A DNA stretch of 64,000 nt from an uncultured Acidobacteriota bacterium. GTDB taxonomy: Bacteria > Acidobacteriota > JAQAZP01. The position numbers and the translations under genes are program-made. This document shows, piece by piece, positions 55,456 to 64,000 of this stretch. Position 1 is the first letter of the stretch, and each line of letters starts with the position of its first letter. The notes under the pieces are model-generated. The model worked only from the letters and a program-made list of their open reading frames with translations. It was not told where the DNA came from and did no database searches. The DNA is taken from the NCBI GenBank assembly GCA_963836075.1, contig CAWIIB010000001.1:768001-832000 (forward strand). The letters are read 5' to 3'.

Positions 55456-57104
55456 ATGGAGCCGGAACTGCCGGAAAACCGGGAAGCGGAAGAGAACGAC
55501 ATCTACCAGGGGGAATGGCCCCCGACCGCTGGAGGGCCGGCGGGCAGGGGGTTCGCCTCCTCGGCCACGGCCCTGACGCTGGTGCTGGTCCTGATCATTG
55601 CCGCGGGAGCCGGGCTGCGTCTCTTCCGCCTGGGACAGAAAAGTCTCTGGGTGGACGAGGCGATCAGTTGCGCGCTGGCCTCCACCGGCCACGATCCGGT
55701 GGAACTCCCCCCGCTCTATTTCCGGTTGCTGGGACTGACCATGGAGCTGGCGGGCAGCGAGGAGGAGTGGGCGCTGCGTCTGCTCTCGGCCCTCTGCGGT
55801 ATCGCCGCCATTCCACTGGTCTTCCTGCTGGGCCGCGAGGCCGATGACCGCTGGACCGGTGCCGCGGCCGCCCTCATTCTGGCCCTCTCCCCCTACCACG
55901 TCCAGATCTCCCAGGAAGCGAGGAATTACGCCCTGCTTTCCCTGCTGGCGCTGCTATTCTTCCTGCTTCAAACAGTGGCCCGCCGGCGGCGGGGCGCCAT
56001 CTCCGTGCTGGCCTGGGCCGCTTCCGCGCCGGGTACTGGCCGCGGCCCTCTACACCCACCACCTGGCCGTGCTGCTGATCCCGGCCACTCTCCTGCCCCT
56101 GCTGGCCGGGGATCCGTCCCGCCGCCGCCGGGCCCTGGCGTCCTGGGCCGCCGCCCTGGCCCTGGGAACGCTGATCTACCTGCCCCAGTTGCCGCGCACC
56201 ATTGAACAGGTGCGGTTCCACGCCCGGGTGGGCCGGATGGTGGAGGGCCAGCAGCCGGAGGCCGCCCGGTTGGCGCCGCCCGGTCCGGCGGCACGGGTCA
56301 AACCGGCACTGCGCAAGGCCGCCGGCTCCCTCTACTACATGGGAGCCGGCTACCGCTACACCGACCTCTCCGGCGACGGTCTGCGGGAAGCCATGGGCCG
56401 CTACCCCGACCGGCTGCTTTTGCCGGCCTATGTCCTGCTGCCCCTGGGGGCGGCGCTGCTGGGGCTTTTGCTGCTCTGGCGGGACGATCGGCGGGGCATG
56501 GCGGCCCTGCTGGGCGGCACCCTGCTCATCGTGGTCGCTTTCGGTGCGCTGGAGGGGTCACCGGCGAACCACCTGGCCCAGGCCTTCCCCTGCCTGGTGG
56601 TGCTGATGGCCGCCGGTATTCGCGGCCGCGGATCCCTGGCCGTTCCCGCCGTGGCCCTGCTGCTCCTCTCGGGGCTCTACCTCCTGGCCCTGGTGGGATA
56701 CTTCCGCGAGGATACCTACCTGATGCACCGCGAGAACTGGCGGGAGGCCGGAGCTTATCTGGCGCGGGAAGCGGGCCCCGACGACGCCGTGTTCGTCCAC
56801 GGCGGGCGGAACGGCTATTTTGCCGCCAGCTACTACTACCACGGCCCGGCGCCGGTGAGCTGTTACCTCGACGCAGGACCAGCTCTTCTCCCCGTTCTTC
56901 AAAGAAGAGCTGGCCCCGTTTCACATTCCGGACCACATCCGCTCGCTGGCGGCCAGCCACCGGCGGGTCTGGTTCCTCTACCCTGACTGGGGATCGGTGC
57001 AGCGGCAGGGTGAGCTGACCGGCTTGAACCGCGAACTGCTGGTCAAGGCCAGGAATTTCGGCGAGGACCTCTATCTCTACCAGTATCAGTCCCCCACCCC
57101 GTAA
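55456..57104 (+). CDS. GT-C (GT39/PMT_2-like) glycosyltransferase, two apparent frameshifts (about 56030 and 56872)
   Basis: SLWVDE, PPLY, SQEARNYA; ALYTH and ENWREA in frame 2; RVWFLY...YQY in frame 3. Confidence 0.72.
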
Positions 57105-57112
57105 CCGGCCGC

Positions 57113-57778
57113 TCAATCTTCGAAAAGGTTTTTCTGGCGCCGCCGTTCCAGCGCGTTGCGGCAGAAGCCGGCCCGGTGCACCTCCGTGGGGCCCAGACGC
57201 TCCAGGGTCTCCAGGTGGGCTTCCGAACCGTAACCCTTGTTCCGCCGGAAGCCGTATTCCGGGTAGCGGTCATGATAGTCGTCCATGATCCGGTCCCGGA
57301 AGACCTTGGCCACGATGGAGGCCGCGGCGATGGAAACGGACCGGGCATCCCCGCCGACCAGCGCCCTCGAGGGCCCGGGCCACTGGTCCGGAGTGCGGTT
57401 GCCGTCCACCAGCACGAACTGGGGCCGGACAACCAGCCGTTCCAGCGCACCGGCCATGGCCTTCATGGTTGCCTGGAGGATGTTCAGCCGCTCGATCTCC
57501 TCCGGCTCCACCCGGCAGATGCCGATGGCCCGGGCGTGCTCCTCGATCAGCGGCACCAGCTGCTCCCGGCGGGCAGTGGTCAGCCGCTTGGAGTCGTCGA
57601 CCCCGGAGAGCGCGGCAGCCAGCCGGGGTGACCAGGGTGGAAGGACCACTGCCGCCGCCACCACCGGGCCGGCCAGGGGACCGCGACCCGCCTCGTCCAC
57701 TCCGGCCACCTGCCGGAATCCACGGCGGGCCAACCGGATTTCCTCGGCATACATCGGATGTTCTGCACCGTCGTCCAT
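57113..57778 (-). CDS. rnhB: Ribonuclease HII
   Basis: GVDEAGRGPLAGPV, DDSK, LVDGN, IAAASIVAK, KGY. Confidence 0.96.
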   Translation of the reverse strand: MDDGAEHPMYAEEIRLARRGFRQVAGVDEAGRGPLAGPVVAAAVVLPPWSPRLAAALSGVDDSKRLTTARREQLVPLIEEHARAIGICRVEPEEIERLNILQATMKAMAGALERLVVRPQFVLVDGNRTPDQWPGPSRALVGGDARSVSIAAASIVAKVFRDRIMDDYHDRYPEYGFRRNKGYGSEAHLETLERLGPTEVHRAGFCRNALERRRQKNLFED

Positions 57779-57997
57779 TGTCCTTCCCCGAAATACCGGG
57801 CGCCGGCAGTCCCGGCGCTGCAGCGCATCATAGACCATCGGCGCCGGCCCGCACCACCCCGGATTGAGAAGGTCCGGATCATATGCTAGGATTCTGGTTT
57901 CAGACAGTTACATGGTCCGGAGACGGCTCCGTTTCCGGCGCAGATTCGCCACGTTCCCGCCCGGCGGGAAATAAAACTGTGGAAAGGTGCTCCATCG

Positions 57998-58732
57998 ATG
58001 TTCATTACCAGACACATACCGCGTACGGCCCTGGTGGCCCTGGCCATCTCCGCCCTTCTCCTGGCCATCTGCCCCGGCGACCTCCAGGCCCAGCAGGCCC
58101 ACTCCGCCGGCGATGCGTCAAAACGGCCACCCAAGGGCCTGGACGACCCCGAATTCGTCGGCAAGTGGGATTTCCAGGTTCCCGGTGATTTCGGTTCCTG
58201 GAAGCCGCTCCAGGCCAGCATCTTTGACATTCGCGATGGACTGGTTTTTGTCAACGCCAAGTCCAAACGCCCCTGCCTCGATTTGGCCGGCCCCTACAGC
58301 GCCGAGCAGATCGCCACCATCGAGGTGCGGATGCGCGGCATCGAGGTAAAACGCGAGACACCCCCCTCCGGCTCGGCGGGCGGTGCCATGGGGGGAGCCA
58401 GCCAGCGGATGCGTGTCCTGCCCCAACTCTACCAGGGCACACGCATCTACTTCACCCGCTCGGCCAAGCAGAAATACGACCCGGAAAACTCCATCGAATT
58501 TCAATTGCCCCTCGACGGTAAGTTTCACGTCCTGACCATCACCCCCGGCGACCACCCTTCCTGGAAGGGATCGATTCAGAAAATTCGCTTTGACCTCGGT
58601 GATTTCCCCCATCAATACGAACTTGACTACATCTATTTCCACCGCGCACAAACCGGCAAAAAGAAGGGTGAAACCAAGGGAGACAAGAACGCGAACAGGG
58701 TCGGAGCCATTACCACGGAGCCAGCAAAGTGA
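57998..58732 (+). CDS. Exported hypothetical protein (possible carbohydrate-binding-like beta-sandwich)
   Basis: Signal peptide; WDF...W.G.I..IRFD...D.I pattern. Confidence 0.6.
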   Translation: MFITRHIPRTALVALAISALLLAICPGDLQAQQAHSAGDASKRPPKGLDDPEFVGKWDFQVPGDFGSWKPLQASIFDIRDGLVFVNAKSKRPCLDLAGPYSAEQIATIEVRMRGIEVKRETPPSGSAGGAMGGASQRMRVLPQLYQGTRIYFTRSAKQKYDPENSIEFQLPLDGKFHVLTITPGDHPSWKGSIQKIRFDLGDFPHQYELDYIYFHRAQTGKKKGETKGDKNANRVGAITTEPAK

Positions 58733-59841
58733 TGATTCACAATCCCCGGACTGAACTCATTGCCGCCGCAGACCGGCCCCGCTCCACCGGGTGGTGTGCG
58801 GCACTGATCCTGCTGACCTTTTGCTTCAGCATCATCACCAGCTCCGCCTGGGCGGTAAACGTGCGGATCAAGGGCAAAGTGGTGGACGGTGAGCAGAACC
58901 CTGTCGAGGGCGTGGCCGTCACGCTCACCGGCAGCCGGATCAAGGGAAAACCGCTCACCGGCACCACCTCCAAAAAAGGTCTCTTCACTTTTATCGTGGA
59001 GACGGGGAGTTTTGACATCCTGCTGGAAAAGGACGGCTACCTGCCGCAGATTATCAAGCTGGACGCCCGGGAGAGCGGGGTCAAGCAGCTGAAGGTGGTC
59101 CTCGAATCGGTGGCACCCACACCGGCAGCCGTGGTTGACGGTTCCGCCCTGCCCGAAGGGATGGGCAGTCTCACCGGCGAGGATGCAAGCCAGCTGAAGA
59201 AGGGGATCAAAGCCCTGGAGCAGGGAGACACGGCAGGCGCGGAGGCCGTCTTCGCCGCACTGGCCCAGTCTTCCCCGGACAAGGCCGAACCCCACTTCTA
59301 CCTCGGTCTGGCCCTGGCCGAGGCCGGAAAACAGGAAGAGGCCGCCGCCAGTTTCCGCCGGGCCATCGAGATCAACCCCGAGCTGGGACAGGCCTACTTC
59401 AACCTCGGCCGAAGTCTGGTGGAACTGGAGGACCATGACGGGGCCGCCGTCGCCTTCGACCAGGCCGTCACCTCCGGCGCCATGGACGGGGTCCACTGCT
59501 ACCAGCTGGCGGCGAACATCTACATCAACCGCAACGACTACACCCGCATCGCCTACTACCTGGAAAAATACTGCCAGCTGAAAACCGGGGAAGCGGAGAT
59601 GCTCTTCCGCCTGGGATCGGCGTACTTCAACATCGGTGAGATGGACAAGTCGGTGGCCGCCCTGGAGCAGGCGGTGGCCGCCGATCCGGAAATGGTGGGG
59701 GCCCACTACCAGCTTGGTCTCACCTACCTCAACCAGGGGATGACCGAGCAGGCGGTGAACTCGTTCAAAATGGTGGTGGAGAAGGCGCCAGACAGCGCCC
59801 TGGCCGCCGAAGCGGGCAACTGGGTGGCCACCCTGCAGTAG
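58729..59841 (+). CDS. Carboxypeptidase-regulatory-like domain plus TPR repeat exported protein
   Basis: IKGKVVD...PVEGV.V, KDGY, followed by several TPRs (HFYLGLA, AYFNLG, AHYQLG). Confidence 0.85.
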   Translation: MMIHNPRTELIAAADRPRSTGWCAALILLTFCFSIITSSAWAVNVRIKGKVVDGEQNPVEGVAVTLTGSRIKGKPLTGTTSKKGLFTFIVETGSFDILLEKDGYLPQIIKLDARESGVKQLKVVLESVAPTPAAVVDGSALPEGMGSLTGEDASQLKKGIKALEQGDTAGAEAVFAALAQSSPDKAEPHFYLGLALAEAGKQEEAAASFRRAIEINPELGQAYFNLGRSLVELEDHDGAAVAFDQAVTSGAMDGVHCYQLAANIYINRNDYTRIAYYLEKYCQLKTGEAEMLFRLGSAYFNIGEMDKSVAALEQAVAADPEMVGAHYQLGLTYLNQGMTEQAVNSFKMVVEKAPDSALAAEAGNWVATLQ

Positions 59842-59874
59842 CTTCCGGCGTCAGCGGTGAAACGGTACATGACG

Positions 59875-59898
59875 AGGGCCGCGGCAGTCCGCGGCCCT
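59875..59898. terminator. GC hairpin between convergent genes
   Basis: Perfect 10-bp stem AGGGCCGCGG/CCGCGGCCCT with a 4-nt loop; no U tract. Confidence 0.55.
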
Positions 59899-59921
59899 CA
59901 ACTCTGTACGCTCGCCGGCGG

Positions 59922-60938
59922 TCACTTCGCCGCTGTCTTGGCTTCCGGCGGGGTGGCCAGCCCCTCGATCACCGCCGCGGCCAGCAGCGGGATCATCAGC
60001 TCGTGGTGCCCCACGATGCCGAAACTGTCGGCCCCCACATTGCGCGGCCGGGACAGCACGTTGGTCTCCGGGCGGTAGTGGCGGTTGAAATCAAATGTGG
60101 CGGTGAGAAACGGCGCCAGCACGGCACCAAAGTTGCGGGCCAGGGCCAGGGCCTTGAGAAAGACCTCGGGCAGGATCACCGCCGACCCCACGTTGAGGTA
60201 AGCGCCTCCGCGGATCCGGTTCACCGCGGTGCAGAACCGTTTGAAGTCGAGGTGGCTGGCCTGGCCGATATCGGCCCCCGAAGCTCCGGGGTGCATATGG
60301 ATGATGTCGGTCCCGATGGCCACGTGGACCGTGGCCGGGATGCCGAGGCGCCGGGCCGTGGCCAGGATGCTCCGTTCGGCATGCGGCGCATCGAGGTCGA
60401 TGATCTTCTGCCCCACCGCCGCCCCGAGGCCCAGTCCCTGGGCCACCCCCTCGGAGATCGCCTCGTTGATCAGTGTACCGGTGTCGCGGGCCATCCCGAA
60501 GGTCCCTTCCTCCAGTGCCTTGGGCACGTCCTCGGAGGTCTTCCCCGCATAGGCTATCTCAAAGTCGTGGATCACCGCCCCACCGTTCAGCGCCACCAAC
60601 GAAATCACCCCCCGCTCCATCAGGTCGATGTAAATCGGGGAGAGACCGCACTTGATGTTGTGCGCGCCAAGGCCGAAGATCACCATCCGTTTTTCACGGA
60701 CCGCGGTGACCAACCGGGCGACCACGGTCTTCAGGTCCCGGGCGGCCAGCACGTCGGGCAGGCTGTCGAGAAAGCAGGTGATGGTGGCCCCCGCCTCCAG
60801 CGGGCGGGCCTGGCCCTTGAGCTGCACCAGCCGGCCGGCCCTGCTCAACGAATGGGTCTTCACCCGCTCCAGATCCAACGGCTCCAGATCGTCCAGTTCT
60901 GGGCGGGTATCCTTATCATTTCCGGGTAGTTCGTCCAA
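59922..60938 (-). CDS. Deoxyhypusine-synthase-like conserved protein
   Basis: GAHNIKCGLSP, HDFEIA, TSEDV, HVAIGTDI.H, GSAVILPEVFLKAL; TTG start inferred from AAGGA. Confidence 0.7.
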   Translation of the reverse strand: MDELPGNDKDTRPELDDLEPLDLERVKTHSLSRAGRLVQLKGQARPLEAGATITCFLDSLPDVLAARDLKTVVARLVTAVREKRMVIFGLGAHNIKCGLSPIYIDLMERGVISLVALNGGAVIHDFEIAYAGKTSEDVPKALEEGTFGMARDTGTLINEAISEGVAQGLGLGAAVGQKIIDLDAPHAERSILATARRLGIPATVHVAIGTDIIHMHPGASGADIGQASHLDFKRFCTAVNRIRGGAYLNVGSAVILPEVFLKALALARNFGAVLAPFLTATFDFNRHYRPETNVLSRPRNVGADSFGIVGHHELMIPLLAAAVIEGLATPPEAKTAAK

Positions 60939-61084
60939 CGGTCCTTCTCTTTCATAAAGGTCCCCGCATGAGGCGCGCCTGGGGGCGGCACGCAGCCGGG
61001 GGAATAACAAACCTGATCAGGTGAGAGACTGCAGGCGGCAAATCTTAGCAAATGGCCGGCGCGGGGGTCAAATAACACCTGTAC

Positions 61085-61240
61085 AAAAAAAGGGATTGAA
61101 TCATATTTATTTGGTGGGGGCCATGGTTTATGGAATGTTTATGTAGATGAGCCTGTCAGCGGGAAATGGGTAATCAACCAATTAAGGAAGTGACGTGTTA
61201 ACATTTGGAATATGCCTCAATCCCTGAAACAAATTTGATT
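61085..61240 (-). ncRNA. Candidate small RNA
   Basis: 17-bp terminal inverted repeat (15/17) with a U tract, directly downstream of a sigma54 promoter; no convincing ORF. Confidence 0.45.
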
Positions 61241-61249
61241 CAAATACAA

Positions 61250-61265
61250 TGCAATGACCGTGCCG
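61250..61265 (-). promoter_or_regulatory. Sigma54 (-24/-12) promoter
   Basis: CGGCACG-GTCA-TTGCA versus consensus TGGCACG-N4-TTGCW. Confidence 0.65.
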
Positions 61266-61545
61266 GATTTCCGGCGAAGGCGGGAACCCTCGCGGGGCAC
61301 TCTCTGGACCCCAGAGACTATTGGCAGAATCGGGTATCTGCCGTTTTACCTGCGGCATGCCGGCGACCAACCGCCGGCGGGAAAGATAGAAAATGTTTTC
61401 ATACTTAAGGGACTTTGCTTCGTACCTCCCCCGATAAATTACTGTGAACAAAGAAAATCGTCCTGAATATCGCCATACCGGACCTTTGACGAAAAGCCCC
61501 ATTACTAACCAATTACACGATTCAGGGGAGGTGATCAGACCGCGG

Positions 61546-62202
61546 CTATTTGCGGATCTCGTAGGTCAGACAGCACATCAGCCGGCCGCAGATCCCTGAT
61601 ATCTTGGAGGGATTGAGGCTCAGGTTCTGTTTCTTGGCCATGCGGATGGAGACCGGCTCGAACTCGCGAAGGAAGGTGGCGCAGCAGAGCGGCTTGCCGC
61701 AGCTGCCGAACCCGCCGAGGAGCTTGGCTTCGTCCCGCACCCCGATCTGCCGCATTTCGATGCGGGTATGGAACTCGTGCGCCAGGTCCCGCACCAGTTC
61801 CCGGAAGTCCACCCGGCCCTCGGCGGTGAAGTAGAAAACCGCTTTCTTGCCGTCAAAGGTGTAGTCCACGGCCACCAGTTTCATCGGCAGCTGGAACTGT
61901 TTGGTCTTGGTCTGGCAGACGGTGTAGGCGTATCGCTCCCGTTCCTTCTTCTTGCGGTAGCGCTCGTCGTCCTCGTGGGTCGCCTTGCGCAGGGCGCGGC
62001 GGAGTGGCCGGCGCTGATCAACAGTGCCGATCATCGACGGCTCGACGGCAACGAACCCGTATTCCAGCCCCCGCTCGGTCTCCACTATGCAGGGGTCGTG
62101 CACCTGCAGGTCCAGTTCCCCGGCGTTGAAATGATAGAGTTTTCCGCTGCGCCGGAACTTGATCCCCACCACTCTCGGTTTTGTTGCCGTCTCGGTCATC
62201 AT
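61546..62202 (-). CDS. PSP1 domain protein (RicT/YaaT family)
   Basis: VETERG.EYG, RVDFRELV, RQIGVRDEA, CG..LCC, KISGICGRLMCCL.YE. Confidence 0.93.
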   Translation of the reverse strand: MMTETATKPRVVGIKFRRSGKLYHFNAGELDLQVHDPCIVETERGLEYGFVAVEPSMIGTVDQRRPLRRALRKATHEDDERYRKKKERERYAYTVCQTKTKQFQLPMKLVAVDYTFDGKKAVFYFTAEGRVDFRELVRDLAHEFHTRIEMRQIGVRDEAKLLGGFGSCGKPLCCATFLREFEPVSIRMAKKQNLSLNPSKISGICGRLMCCLTYEIRK

Positions 62203-62315
62203 CCCTCCGCCAGATGGCTTTCTGTCTGGTGACAGCGCCGGGTTGGTGCCATGCCAATTATGCCACCAAGCGCGGATAAGATCAAGGATATCTTCACTTT
62301 TGAGCGATCCAGACC

Positions 62316-62344
62316 TTGACACCCTCGTGTGCTTGCACTATATT
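62316..62344 (+). promoter_or_regulatory. Sigma70 promoter of smpB
   Basis: TTGACA-N17-TATATT. Confidence 0.7.
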
Positions 62345-62375
62345 CGCTGTTCTTCAAAGGGAGAAGGAGCGCATC

Positions 62376-62864
62376 ATGGCCCCACGAAAAGCGCCCGCCG
62401 CGGCGGAGAAGCCGCTGGCCACCAACCGCAAGGCCCGCCACGAGTATCACATCCTGGAAACAATGGAGGCCGGCATCGTTCTCCAGGGTACGGAAGTGAA
62501 ATCGCTCCGTGAGGGCAAGGCAAATCTCAAGGAGAGCTACGCCCGGGTGCAGGAGGGCGAGGTCTTCCTGGTCAACTGCCATATCAGCCCTTACTCCCAC
62601 GGCAACCTGCAGAACCACGACCCGTTGCGCAAACGCAAACTCCTGCTCAACAAGCGTGAGATCACGCGGCTGCAGACGAAGCTCAACGAGCGGGGATTCA
62701 CCCTGGTGGCACTCAAGTTCTACCTCTCCCGGGGGAAGATCAAGGTTCAGCTGGGGCTGGCCAAGGGAAAGAAGCTCTACGACAAGCGGGAGTCCAAGCG
62801 CAAGAAAGACATGGACCGGGACGCCAGGGCTGAGCTGAAGTCGGGATACCGGGACGCCTACTGA
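62376..62864 (+). CDS. smpB: SsrA-binding protein
   Basis: [37 protein letters not shown]. Confidence 0.97.
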   Translation: MAPRKAPAAAEKPLATNRKARHEYHILETMEAGIVLQGTEVKSLREGKANLKESYARVQEGEVFLVNCHISPYSHGNLQNHDPLRKRKLLLNKREITRLQTKLNERGFTLVALKFYLSRGKIKVQLGLAKGKKLYDKRESKRKKDMDRDARAELKSGYRDAY

Positions 62865-62876
62865 CCGGCCACGGAT

Positions 62877-63140
62877 TCAGCTCTCATCGGCCGGCGTAAA
62901 CTCGCCGGTCTCCACCCGGCGAATCATTTCCCGGTGGTGCTCAACCATGATCCGGCGCAACTGGTCCCGGCCGTTCATCCCCTCGGGCATGCCCCCGTAC
63001 GGGAAGCTGTTGGTTGCCAGGATTGCACCGTCGAGGTAGACCAGCGTCTCGAACCGGCCGCTTACGTCACCCTTGTCCTCGGTCTGGACGTGGTACATTC
63101 GCCCGTTGCAGTTGACGTTGGAATTGAAACCGCCCACCAT
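62877..63140 (-). CDS. Small conserved-looking hypothetical protein
   Basis: AGGAGG RBS; GFNSNV...YHVQTED.G...ETLVY..GAI. Confidence 0.7.
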   Translation of the reverse strand: MVGGFNSNVNCNGRMYHVQTEDKGDVSGRFETLVYLDGAILATNSFPYGGMPEGMNGRDQLRRIMVEHHREMIRRVETGEFTPADES

Positions 63141-63225
63141 TGTCAGCCTCCTTGCATCGCCGGCGGGCCGCCGGCATTTGACATGAGACTAGCACTCCCG
63201 TCAGCGGTTGTAAACGGCGATCAGG

Positions 63226-63999
63226 TCAGTCCAGAATGGTGGCCAGGTAGCGCCCGGTATGGGAGTGCGCGGAGTTGGCCACCTGCTCCGGAGATCCCTC
63301 GGCCACTACGGTTCCACCCCTCTCCCCGCCCTCCGGGCCAAGGTCGATGACGTGGTCGGCGCACTTGATCACGTCGAGGTTGTGCTCGATGATCACCACC
63401 GTGTTCCCACCCTCGGTGAGGCTCTCCACCACCCGCAGCAGCTTGCGGATGTCGTCGAAGTGCAGGCCGGTGGTGGGCTCGTCGAGAATGTAGAGCGTCC
63501 GGCCGGTGGCCCGCTTGCTCAGCTCGCGGGACAGCTTGACCCGCTGCGCCTCCCCGCCGGAGAGGGTGGTGGCCGACTGGCCCAGCTTGATGTAGCCCAG
63601 GCCCACGCTGATCATCGTCTGCAGCCGGTTGCGCACCGCGGGGATGTTCTCGAAGAACCGCGCCGCCTGGTTGATGGTCATCTCCAGGACCTGGGCGATG
63701 GATTTGCCCCGGTAGAGCACGTCCAGTGTCTCCCGGTTGTAGCGCCGCCCCTTGCACGACCCGCAGGTGACATAGACGTCGGGCAGGAAGTGCATCTCGA
63801 TCTTGATGATCCCGTCCCCGGCGCACTCCTCGCAACGCCCGCCCTTGACGTTGAAGCTGAAGCGGCCCGGCCCGTACCCCCGGACCCGGGACTCGGGCAC
63901 GGTGGCAAAGAGCTGCCGGACGTGGGTCATCAGACCGGTGTAGGTGGCCGGGTTGGAACGGGGGGTTCGGCCGATGGGGCTCTGGTCGATGTCGATCAC
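63226..63999 (-). CDS. uvrA: Excinuclease ABC subunit A (C-terminal part; gene runs off the window)
   Basis: [44 protein letters not shown]. Confidence 0.97.
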   Translation of the reverse strand: MIDIDQSPIGRTPRSNPATYTGLMTHVRQLFATVPESRVRGYGPGRFSFNVKGGRCEECAGDGIIKIEMHFLPDVYVTCGSCKGRRYNRETLDVLYRGKSIAQVLEMTINQAARFFENIPAVRNRLQTMISVGLGYIKLGQSATTLSGGEAQRVKLSRELSKRATGRTLYILDEPTTGLHFDDIRKLLRVVESLTEGGNTVVIIEHNLDVIKCADHVIDLGPEGGERGGTVVAEGSPEQVANSAHSHTGRYLATILD

Positions 64000-64000
64000 C

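Noticed and set aside
62203-63225. tmRNA (ssrA) next to smpB
   Set aside because: No tRNA-like ends or tag reading frame seen; the flanks are occupied by CDSs and short spacers.

Overview
GC-rich bacterial chromosomal segment. Gene content is consistent with an uncultured Acidobacteriota- or delta-proteobacterium-like organism, but taxonomy cannot be proven from this window. Housekeeping and metabolic genes: metH, methylmalonyl-CoA mutase mutA/mutB with meaB, PduO-type adenosyltransferase, pepT, M24 peptidase, rnhB, smpB, PSP1/RicT, partial uvrA. Also present: two OPT transporters, an AGCS symporter, two hybrid histidine kinases, an ECF sigma/anti-sigma pair, an MBOAT+SGNH pair, a GT2/GT-C glycosylation cluster around a KamA-family radical SAM gene, and several secreted proteins. 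No rRNA, tRNA, CRISPR array or transposase was recognised. The main observation is that three unrelated signal-peptide proteins (a deiminase at 1787-4525, an SBBP-like propeller at 6637-8538, a WD40-like propeller at 27063-28856) end in the same ungapped ~120-aa C-terminal domain with a QDVTxxPYNQPP motif. This is a candidate new protein-sorting or surface-anchoring domain. Other leads: a likely sigma54-driven ~155-nt sRNA (61085-61265), an un-called 30-aa hydrophobic ORF with its own terminator (8831-8923), and a KamA homologue lacking the lysine-binding aspartates behind a structured leader. Six apparent frameshifts in five genes most likely reflect sequencing error.
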